Shown here: one piece after another, positions 36,232 through 43,719 of the stretch
Layout of the letters: each line of letters opens with the position of its first letter
Position numbering within the stretch: the first letter of the stretch is position 1
Virus record (IMG/VR): IMGVR_UViG_3300035494_000043
Span: 1-43,947 of that record
From: a virus
Lineage: Duplodnaviria > Caudoviricetes
Length of the DNA: 43,947 nucleotides
Strand: one strand, 5' to 3'
Notes under the pieces: generated by a model
What the model was told of the DNA's origin: nothing
The model's input: the letters and a program-made list of their open reading frames with translations, nothing else
The model's database searches: none
Made by a program: the position numbers and the translations under genes

Positions 36232-37701
36232 TTATATATCTTCTTGTTGTACTTCTGCACTAGTTTCAGCATCACCATTCATCACAGCTACATTTGCTTG
36301 TTCATTTTCCATCTTGTTGGCGAACTGATCGCCCCAAAATTCTTCTCCTCTAGCCACAAACTCATTTACATCTGATACAATGTCTACGATTGTAAGACAA
36401 TCAGCAGGTGTAAGAGTTTTAGTCATGAGAAGTGCAGTGTAAGACTGAGCCTTTACAAGAAGGTTATTATTCTTATTACGTGAAAACTTAATGTCAATAT
36501 CAAGAAGTGAAAGTGAAGTGTTCAAGTTTGCGTTCATCATATTAATCATGAGTCTGAGTGCCATCTTTTCAGATTTCTTAAACATCATTTCCTTGTTACG
36601 TGCCACAACTTCTAAGTCCGCCCAACCATCTCTAAGTTCTACTGCCTGACCGGTGTCTCCACCCCCACCTTGACGATTGTTTCGATCTGGAATACCAACA
36701 ATGGCATAGAGTAGTGATTCAAGTTCCTTAGCATAAAGGTTCATTCCACTCTGATCTAAATTAGTTGTAATGGTCTTAACATCTGTCTGATTATTCGTTG
36801 TGTTCTTGAATGAGATGATTCCGGCTTCTCTCATCTTAGCATATTCTTCACTATCTATTTCTGCGTTGATAAAGATGAGTAGTGATTGCACAATCTGATC
36901 AATATCATCCAATCTCCCACTTTGAAGTTCGTTAATAGCATCCATAAGGTCAATCGCAATTTCCCAATCTCCCATTCTCCACATGTTGTTTGGATACTCA
37001 ATGATAGGTACACCACCAATGATATACGGTTCATATTCAAAATCTGACCTTTCATCTAATACCCCACTAGCATCTGTACTCTCAATGTCGAATCTTCCAA
37101 ACTCAGTAAATACCTGATATCTAACACCCTTCTTATTGCCATATTCATCAAATATATCATAATAATGAACACCTATCACTGGTTTCTCAGCAATATCATT
37201 CTCATATACAACAAATGTCGTACTAGGATCAAGTGCCTTATCTTCAAATGGTACTTCATCTGCTAATACACCATCACTATATATAATTCTATATGCTGTT
37301 CCACATTTACTCTGATAATCACCTATCGCTTTGTCATTACTAGGTTTATCTTCATATGAAACGAATCTGTTTAGCATATCAATGTGCTTCTTCTTACTTT
37401 CATCACCGGTTGCCTGTACGTACTGAATGGGTGTACCCAAAAAGTACCCCACTACGTTTCTTGTAATCATATCAGCGTGGTTCAACACCACAATATGGTT
37501 AATCTCTGGTCTGATATCCTTTGTCTTACTCAGAATAGGTTGAACACCCTTTGAATACTCCAATAGATAGTCTATTTCTGTTTTATTTACATTGTGAACC
37601 GTCATTGAAGCATTAACTACCTTCTTTAGTAGTTCCACATCATCTTTAAGTTCATCTGTGGTTACATCTGTAGTAATTTTTCTTCTACCCTTTAAGATCA
37701 T
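36232..37701 (-). CDS. Portal protein (SPP1 gp6-like)
   Basis: GYFLGTPIQY..VPIIEYPNN..GGDTGQA; follows TerL. Confidence 0.92.
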   Translation of the reverse strand: MILKGRRKITTDVTTDELKDDVELLKKVVNASMTVHNVNKTEIDYLLEYSKGVQPILSKTKDIRPEINHIVVLNHADMITRNVVGYFLGTPIQYVQATGDESKKKHIDMLNRFVSYEDKPSNDKAIGDYQSKCGTAYRIIYSDGVLADEVPFEDKALDPSTTFVVYENDIAEKPVIGVHYYDIFDEYGNKKGVRYQVFTEFGRFDIESTDASGVLDERSDFEYEPYIIGGVPIIEYPNNMWRMGDWEIAIDLMDAINELQSGRLDDIDQIVQSLLIFINAEIDSEEYAKMREAGIISFKNTTNNQTDVKTITTNLDQSGMNLYAKELESLLYAIVGIPDRNNRQGGGGDTGQAVELRDGWADLEVVARNKEMMFKKSEKMALRLMINMMNANLNTSLSLLDIDIKFSRNKNNNLLVKAQSYTALLMTKTLTPADCLTIVDIVSDVNEFVARGEEFWGDQFANKMENEQANVAVMNGDAETSAEVQQEDI

Positions 37702-39251
37702 ATCCTTAACTCCTTCCTTGATAAAAATTTAATTGTGTTTCCTGTCAATTCCTGATGTAGTTGTGCCAACATTGCTAGTGTGTCAGGTGCATCATCATGT
37801 GGGTTCTTTCCAGTTTGAGTCCAAGCAAAAACATCTTCCATGAAACTAGCATACGGACTATTGGGCGAATAGGTTGATGGGTGTCTAAATATAAAATACT
37901 TCTTTACATAATCAGAATAAGTTATGATCTTAACATCCTTGTTGTTTCCAGAAAAGAATGTGCGGATAGAAGTTTTACCATTCTCATGTTTAATTAACTC
38001 AGCTAAGTCCTCAGCATAGTAGTTACCACCATTATTCATTTCCACGTCTGCCCTGACTACATTATGGTTCAACCACATATTGGCAACCAACGGTCTAGTT
38101 ATTTCTGGTAATCCATCATTATACACTACATCTTCAATATATACATAGTCACCATAAACATATCCGGCAGGTGAACTTACATTATCCTTACCTAGATTCT
38201 TACTATCACATACTGCTATAATCGTATCTGGTTTTTCATCTGGTAATTGGAAATAATATTGCATTTCATCCTCATGATATAGTAAACCTTCTCTTTCGAT
38301 TGGGTTACATAGATACAATGCACCAAAGTTTAACTTATCCATTGACTTTTCGATATCTTTGTAATAGGCAGTATCAAACCCGCCTGGAAAATCGAATTTA
38401 CTTTCTCCATGTTCATCATAAACCGGCATACGAATAACCTTCACTCTAGGATTATTTTTATGCTCCCTTACCAACTTACTGATCGGATCGTGGACAGACC
38501 ACATGGTTGCGATATGGATTTCTTTAGCACCTTTTTTCTTTCTCTGTCTAAGATTTGTTGTATAAAGTTCCCATAGCTTATCCAATCTAGGTCTTGACAA
38601 TGCTTCTTCAATACCAGAAACTAAATCGTCACAATATAGGTAGTTACCAGCTTCCGCCCTACCGGTTACACTTGCCCCAACCGAAGCAAATACAATAGAT
38701 GGGTATCTTTTCTGTACTCTAAGCCATATTTCTTCTCTTTTTGCGTTCTGATTTACAAGTGGAGACTCTGGAAACACTTTCTGGAAACGTTCACCCTCTA
38801 CAATTTCCATTACACCATTATAGAATGATTGTGTAATTGCATCAGAATATGATGTTGCCAACTGAGTGTTCTCAGGGTACTTTCCAATGATCCAAGCCAG
38901 AAATCGTATTCCAGTAGTAGATTTACCAAGTCTGGGTGCGGTTGAAATGAGTACCATGTCATACTTATCGTATAATTCCATGTCATTTAGTGCATCAAAC
39001 AGTTCTCCAAGTGACTCCTTCCTATGATAGTAGAATCCTTTCTGTGGATTACTCATATCATCATCCAATTCAAGATACATATTGAATACTCTAAAGTCAT
39101 ATTTAGCAACTAAACACAAAACATCTTCATATAGATTGTAAAGTTCTACCATTTTACGATCATCAGTTACTTCTCCCAATTCTTTCTGTATGTTTGGTAT
39201 AACTTCATTTACATACTGTTCAATTTCACCAATACTAAGTGTGTTCGACAC
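37698..39251 (-). CDS. terL: Terminase large subunit
   Basis: Walker A APRLGKS, LYCDD, TMWSVHD, C-terminal HDDAPD. Confidence 0.93.
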   Translation of the reverse strand: MSNTLSIGEIEQYVNEVIPNIQKELGEVTDDRKMVELYNLYEDVLCLVAKYDFRVFNMYLELDDDMSNPQKGFYYHRKESLGELFDALNDMELYDKYDMVLISTAPRLGKSTTGIRFLAWIIGKYPENTQLATSYSDAITQSFYNGVMEIVEGERFQKVFPESPLVNQNAKREEIWLRVQKRYPSIVFASVGASVTGRAEAGNYLYCDDLVSGIEEALSRPRLDKLWELYTTNLRQRKKKGAKEIHIATMWSVHDPISKLVREHKNNPRVKVIRMPVYDEHGESKFDFPGGFDTAYYKDIEKSMDKLNFGALYLCNPIEREGLLYHEDEMQYYFQLPDEKPDTIIAVCDSKNLGKDNVSSPAGYVYGDYVYIEDVVYNDGLPEITRPLVANMWLNHNVVRADVEMNNGGNYYAEDLAELIKHENGKTSIRTFFSGNNKDVKIITYSDYVKKYFIFRHPSTYSPNSPYASFMEDVFAWTQTGKNPHDDAPDTLAMLAQLHQELTGNTIKFLSRKELRI

Positions 39252-39255
39252 TCAA

Positions 39256-39492
39256 TCACCCCATTTGCCATTCATCAATACCTATTTCCCTTGCTTTGAT
39301 TACATCTAAATACCTACTACAAGCACCAAATAACCAAATTTCGTCTGATTTTTGAAGATTATTCTCATTGTAACCATGAATATTGGAGAAATAGAAGTTA
39401 TGTCTATACCCTTCCAACATCAATTCATTGGATACCGTTTCATAATCATATACATCTTCATTGTATACTATATATATTGTTCTTATGTCCAT
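39256..39492 (-). CDS. Hypothetical protein, possibly minimal DUF4406/DUF7768-like fold
   Basis: LQKSDEIWLFG..KAREIGI. Confidence 0.6.
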   Translation of the reverse strand: MDIRTIYIVYNEDVYDYETVSNELMLEGYRHNFYFSNIHGYNENNLQKSDEIWLFGACSRYLDVIKAREIGIDEWQMG

Positions 39493-40247
39493 AATACATC
39501 CACCTTTTTCTCTGTCCCATAGAGTTTTACCACCGGAATTTTATGACCCATAGGTAAATACATTGCCTTTAGACCATAACCACCTGATTTAAGGAAACTA
39601 GGTACGATTACTCTTGTAAAGTCCTTATCATATATCATTTCATTGTGCATATCCATCACAATCTTAGTAGGAAAATGACTCTGTGGATCGTGTGTGTGTC
39701 CAGTAACCATCAAGTCCATACCATCAATACTGTAACTGAAATTCTTAACCTTGTTATTACTTGCTCCATGTGCCAAAACAATACCATAACTCCATTGTCT
39801 TTCTTTATTCTTAGCACCCAAATTAATCTTTATGAAAGCCATGTTCTCACGATACAGGTCTTCCAAATCCAACTTAGCAAACACGTCATACATTGGACAA
39901 CCATCACTAAAGATTGTAGTCCTATTCTCATGATTACCCTGACAACCACCCAATATCTTATCCTTTAGTGGTTTAAGTTCTTTCGCCAACCATAACTTCT
40001 GTTCCATAGGTCGCATTGTAGCTTCATAAGAGTTCGTCTTACTATTCTTCAATCCATTATCCACTAGATCACCAATAACGAGTACGTACCCATTTGGATC
40101 ATCCATCACCATCTTCTTCCATCTATCCCACATTTCCTGATTGAACTGTGGTGAACCAATGTGTAAATCACCAAGCGGATAAAGGTTTATGTGTTCCAAC
40201 TCTCTATCCAACTTGTGTACTATCATCTCATAGTCATTTAATATCAT
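39483..40247 (-). CDS. Calcineurin-like metallophosphoesterase
   Basis: GDLHIG, GDLVD, GNHE, AHG, GHTH motifs. Confidence 0.92.
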   Translation of the reverse strand: MILNDYEMIVHKLDRELEHINLYPLGDLHIGSPQFNQEMWDRWKKMVMDDPNGYVLVIGDLVDNGLKNSKTNSYEATMRPMEQKLWLAKELKPLKDKILGGCQGNHENRTTIFSDGCPMYDVFAKLDLEDLYRENMAFIKINLGAKNKERQWSYGIVLAHGASNNKVKNFSYSIDGMDLMVTGHTHDPQSHFPTKIVMDMHNEMIYDKDFTRVIVPSFLKSGGYGLKAMYLPMGHKIPVVKLYGTEKKVDVLWT

Positions 40248-40276
40248 TCTATACCTCCAAATTTATCTTCTATCTT

Positions 40277-40306
40277 ATTATATCCTTTTATTCCAATAAA
40301 TATAAG
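40277..40306 (-). promoter_or_regulatory. Candidate late promoter for phosphoesterase-terL-portal
   Basis: CTTATAT-17-TATAAT with AAAAGGA before -10. Confidence 0.6.
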
Positions 40307-40332
40307 GAATATTCAAAATATTCAGAAAAGAC

Positions 40333-40362
40333 CTTGTATTCTGTACCAAAATATGATATAAT
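40333..40362 (+). promoter_or_regulatory. Divergent promoter
   Basis: CTTGTAT-17-TATAAT with TG extension. Confidence 0.75.
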
Positions 40363-40393
40363 AAAGTAGAGAACAAAATAAGGAGGACACAAT

Positions 40394-40576
40394 ATGGATT
40401 TAAGAATTGAATGGTATCATCTAATGTTTATCGCATGGTTCCTGATTCTGCTGAACCAAATGTTTTTATTCAAAAGACTAAAGGGTGTAGAACAATTAGG
40501 TTTGAGTATTCTTACCGGAGCAATAACATACGATAAGGAGACAGGAGTTGTTACCATAGAAGATGAAGAAGATTGA
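40394..40576 (+). CDS. Small membrane protein
   Basis: AAGGAGG RBS; N-terminal TM segment. Confidence 0.8.
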   Translation: MDLRIEWYHLMFIAWFLILLNQMFLFKRLKGVEQLGLSILTGAITYDKETGVVTIEDEED

Positions 40577-40829
40577 TTTCCAATACCATATCGTTAGGGA
40601 TTCCAATGGTGGGTATGTACTGATCCGTGATGATTTTCCATATGACTGCCATGCACATCTGAAAACAATACACGGTTGTAAGATTGTAGTTGAGTGTATC
40701 GAAAAAGGTAAATTACCAAAGAACGCATGGATGGTGGGTTCCTGCAAAAGACTACTGACAGAAGATGAGTTCCAGACCTTGAGATCAACCAAACAGAAAT
40801 ATTACAACTCAAAGAATAGGTGGAGGTGA
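40563..40829 (+). CDS. Hypothetical phage protein
   Basis: Overlapping ORF; HAHLK..KLPK..KQKYYN. Confidence 0.7.
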   Translation: MKKIDFQYHIVRDSNGGYVLIRDDFPYDCHAHLKTIHGCKIVVECIEKGKLPKNAWMVGSCKRLLTEDEFQTLRSTKQKYYNSKNRWR

Positions 40830-40833
40830 TTGT

Positions 40834-41040
40834 ATGGCTATGGTTCAACCAACTATTATCAATATTAAAGAAAGTGATTGGGAAATGTCACCAGAAATTA
40901 GTTGGTATTGTGAGATTGATTCTGATTCAACAATACGAATTGTTTTCCAAAAAGTACCAGATAACTTTCCTTTCCTACCAATAGAAAATGCAGGTAGTCA
41001 ACTTACTATTTCACAAGTTGAACTTTTAAAAATATTCTAA
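40834..41040 (+). CDS. Hypothetical protein
   Basis: GGAGGTG RBS. Confidence 0.7.
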   Translation: MAMVQPTIINIKESDWEMSPEISWYCEIDSDSTIRIVFQKVPDNFPFLPIENAGSQLTISQVELLKIF

Positions 41041-41045
41041 AAACA

Positions 41046-41075
41046 CTTGTATTCCAAACCAAAATAGGATATAAT
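41046..41075 (+). promoter_or_regulatory. Promoter of the structured-RNA unit
   Basis: CTTGTAT-17-TATAAT, near copy of the 40333 promoter. Confidence 0.75.
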
Positions 41076-41081
41076 AATAGT

Positions 41082-41290
41082 ATAAGGTTTGTTGATGAGA
41101 CACCTTTATTGATCCCAATGTCGAGCGTTCGTTCGGTGGGATTTCGCCAGTTGCAGGACTGTAAAACCTGAGGTTTGGTGCCATGAGCAACCGTATAAAA
41201 GCACCCAGTTTGTGGGTATCTGAAATAACCCTCTTTCCAATTAAACATTCGGAATTTTTTTGGATTTACTGCATATAGCGAAAGGCAGGT
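41082..41290 (+). ncRNA. Structured leader / ncRNA (4-5 hairpins)
   Basis: Stems 41112-17/41137-42, 41145-50/41175-80, 41154-57/41167-70, 41203-07/41213-17; G-U pairs fit plus strand. Confidence 0.45.
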
Positions 41291-41297
41291 GCACATT

Positions 41298-41504
41298 TTG
41301 ATTCAAGAAATATTCATTAAGATGATGAATACGCTAAAGTGGCAAAAGAATATCGCAAATCCCAGCGTTAAGCTTGAAGATGTCAAGAAAGAATTGCTAA
41401 AAGACACTGACGTAAGAAAAGAGTACGAAAAACTCCTTGAAGAACCGCTAAACAATCTTGAAGCGGACATTGATGCACCAAAAGGTTCTGTTCAACTAGA
41501 TTAA
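41298..41504 (+). CDS. Small protein with antitoxin-like helix
   Basis: AGGCAGGTG RBS before TTG; LEDVKKELLKDTDVRKEYEKL. Confidence 0.55.
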   Translation: MIQEIFIKMMNTLKWQKNIANPSVKLEDVKKELLKDTDVRKEYEKLLEEPLNNLEADIDAPKGSVQLD

Positions 41505-41516
41505 CTGAATCAACCC

Positions 41517-41621
41517 AAGGGTATTCGGATAAATGTTTGTATGTGGTTTTAAGATTAGAACGATATTCTTTGTATACAAGGAGTATTGTGCCTAAAATAA
41601 AACTACATACATTCGTCCCTT
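41517..41621 (+). ncRNA. Long rod-like hairpin RNA
   Basis: 14-bp and 12-bp stems whose non-Watson-Crick pairs are all G-U; AAGGG/CCCTT closing pair. Confidence 0.55.
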
Positions 41622-41677
41622 ACTTATAGTTTGGGATCAGAAAAGGTTTCCCACTGAGCCAGTAATCAGTGGTTACA

Positions 41678-41741
41678 TGCAAGGAACACATAACTCATGC
41701 GTGGGTTGGGTTTCGATCTGGTTCAATTCCAGACCTTGCCA
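41678..41741 (+). ncRNA. tRNA-like element 1 (T arm + acceptor stem, no D arm)
   Basis: GCAAGG/CCTTGC acceptor; TCTGG-TTCAATT-CCAGA T arm. Confidence 0.6.
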
Positions 41742-41744
41742 CTA

Positions 41745-41852
41745 TGTGGGGTACGCTCAATGGAGGAGCAGTAAGACAATAGCGGTTGATAGATTGGAAC
41801 GTGTATAACGCAATCCATGTCAACAAAGTTGGTTCGATTCCAACACCCCACA
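41745..41852 (+). ncRNA. tRNA-like element 2 (acceptor, D and T arms; no anticodon arm)
   Basis: TGTGGGGT/ACCCCACA; GCTC-AATGGAG-GAGC; GTTGG-TTCGATT-CCAAC; 40-nt extra hairpin. Confidence 0.7.
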
Positions 41853-41883
41853 TCACTTTTACCTAAATAACCTCCTTATAACT

Positions 41884-41916
41884 GACCCCTAAGTCACAAT
41901 GGGGGTCTTTTAATTT
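41884..41916 (+). terminator. Terminator closing the plus-strand unit
   Basis: GACCCCT/GGGGGTC stem then TTTTAATTT. Confidence 0.75.
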
Positions 41917-42100
41917 ACTATAAAATACATATCACTCTCATATACAATGTATATATTGTTAATTTCGACTTTGGGTGCACGGAGGGGTTAGTGCTGTACT
42001 AGATCCTGGCGAAAATAGGGGTAGGGTGGGTCAGATCATGTCCCGCAATTGTATGAAATGTGAACACAATTTGTATGATCCTAAAAACTGCTATTTGAAT

Positions 42101-42137
42101 AAAAAAAAAAAAAAAAGAGTGTCAATTAAGACACTCT
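42101..42137 (-). terminator. Terminator of the early small-gene cluster
   Basis: AGAGTGTC/GACACTCT stem, long U run on minus strand. Confidence 0.8.
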
Positions 42138-42179
42138 ATAAATTTTAATATCCATTCTCATTCATTTTATAATATCCTC

Positions 42180-42251
42180 CTATTGACGACTTAACAAATC
42201 TTTAATTATCATTATCGGAAGTAAGAATACCCATAAGAATAAGTGTATCAT
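42180..42251 (-). CDS. 23-aa hydrophobic peptide (not in track)
   Basis: MIHLFLWVFLLPIMIIKDLLSRQ; GGAGG RBS, ATGA overlap. Confidence 0.5.
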   Translation of the reverse strand: MIHLFLWVFLLPIMIIKDLLSRQ

Positions 42252-42403
42252 ATTTCATCCTCCATGTATTCCAGGCAGTCCTCACAAATGGCTTCTTCCT
42301 CTGGTAATATCATTATATCCTGACCGCATATTTCACAACGTGTATGATATGCTTTATTGTGCCATGACTCAAATATTACAAAGGCACTATAATTATCTAA
42401 CAT
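42248..42403 (-). CDS. 51-aa zinc-finger-like protein (not in track)
   Basis: AAGGAGG RBS; CEICG..CEDC. Confidence 0.65.
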   Translation of the reverse strand: MLDNYSAFVIFESWHNKAYHTRCEICGQDIMILPEEEAICEDCLEYMEDEI

Positions 42404-42737
42404 TGTTTGTTACCTCCTTTATAAACTCTTTCAAATATCCTCTAACAATATCTTTTTTATCATTCCAGTCCATACCACGTGTTAAGACCACGTTCTCCGC
42501 TTTAACGTTGTACTTATGACATAGATCATATGATGCTTCAATGTTACCTACTGGAGCGTATCCGGTACTAATTAATATACCGTCAATCTCATAATAATCA
42601 CAAGACCACCCAGATGAGCCTGCACTATATGCTATTGGTTGTTCATATTGTAGTAAATAAGCAATGCTACAGTATCCTACTTTAATAATTGTATTATAGT
42701 TATCTTTCATTTTTTTCTTTGTAGTTTTAAATTTCAT
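42393..42737 (-). CDS. Hypothetical early protein
   Basis: GGAGG RBS; VGYC..YLL..PIAY..GWSCDYY..ISTGY. Confidence 0.8.
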   Translation of the reverse strand: MKFKTTKKKMKDNYNTIIKVGYCSIAYLLQYEQPIAYSAGSSGWSCDYYEIDGILISTGYAPVGNIEASYDLCHKYNVKAENVVLTRGMDWNDKKDIVRGYLKEFIKEVTNNVR

Positions 42738-42939
42738 TGTTTTTTACCTCCAGTTCAAAACGTGCACCAAAAAAGTAATATGTATTCTTTTCATTTATAT
42801 CTACAATGTTGAAATTGTTTATATATTTCATTCTGCCTTGTAAACTCATTTCATAATCTGTAAATAACTCATCTTTTACGATAACCCCGCCATATAAATT
42901 GGAATCATCTATATATTGTTTAGCTTTAAAATATTTCAT
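42727..42939 (-). CDS. Hypothetical early protein
   Basis: GGAGG RBS; DELFT..TYYFFGARF. Confidence 0.75.
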   Translation of the reverse strand: MKYFKAKQYIDDSNLYGGVIVKDELFTDYEMSLQGRMKYINNFNIVDINEKNTYYFFGARFELEVKNNEI

Positions 42940-43065
42940 TATTCTACCTCCATTTTAAATATCGAAAAAACTGCTTTTTACTATCTATCATACTTTCTAA
43001 TCATTTTATCATACCCTCCAATTTTTCAATTAAGACGGTGAGCGTATAAGCCACCGCTAACAATA

Positions 43066-43278
43066 CTAACCAATACATAAAAGCGACCTCATTCTCTTAA
43101 AATCTTCAATTGCTTTTTTAGTCCTCACTTCTTGTACGTTCCAATAAATGGCAACGTTTAGCATCTCTGGGTTTTTATTAAGTTTATATAGTCTTTTTAC
43201 ATCCTCCTTTCTTTTAGTCATTTCAAGTAAATAATCATCTAATGCTAAAAGTATTGTTATTCTTGAATTTTTTTCCAT
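43066..43278 (-). CDS. Hypothetical early protein
   Basis: AAGGAGG RBS before ATG 43278; promoter upstream. Confidence 0.7.
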   Translation of the reverse strand: MEKNSRITILLALDDYLLEMTKRKEDVKRLYKLNKNPEMLNVAIYWNVQEVRTKKAIEDFKRMRSLLCIG

Positions 43279-43352
43279 TTTTTTGTTATCCTCCTTATTA
43301 TTTTGTTTTCGACCTTTAAGTTGTTTTGTGTTTTGTTCCTTTCTATGTATTA

Positions 43353-43381
43353 ATAATACCATGTTTAAAGGATACCGTCAA
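43353..43381 (-). promoter_or_regulatory. sigmaA promoter of early cluster
   Basis: TTGACG-17-TATTAT with TG extension; A/T tracts upstream. Confidence 0.7.
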
Positions 43382-43719
43382 GTCTTTTTTATAAAAAATT
43401 TTAACTTTCTTTTCTTTCATTATATAGTAATATAACCAAGGATCAACCGGCAGTTAATTTATAATCATTCTAATTTATAATCAATACAATTTATATTTTT
43501 ATTGACATTTTACGCATTATGTGATTTTCAATTTTCGGCACTTTTATTTGAATTATATTAAACTTTTCATGAAACGGTTACAAAAGGTTGACAAAATCCT
43601 GATTATGTGATTCGCAATAAAACACGGTTAAAACTGCGGATCTGCTATATTTTAGTGTAAACGGTTTCAAGACTTGACAAAATGAATTGTGTCCCAATAT
43701 CAGAATATTCTGACAATGG

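Noticed and set aside
41090-41145. Hammerhead ribozyme at TTGATGAG
   Set aside because: Core lacks the C of CUGAUGA and has no correctly placed GAAA
41145-41180. tRNA-Tyr(GTA) gene
   Set aside because: Only an anticodon-like loop; no D arm, T arm or acceptor stem around it
41853-41916. HDV-like (theta) ribozyme after the tRNA-like element
   Set aside because: Could not build the nested double pseudoknot; reads better as a terminator
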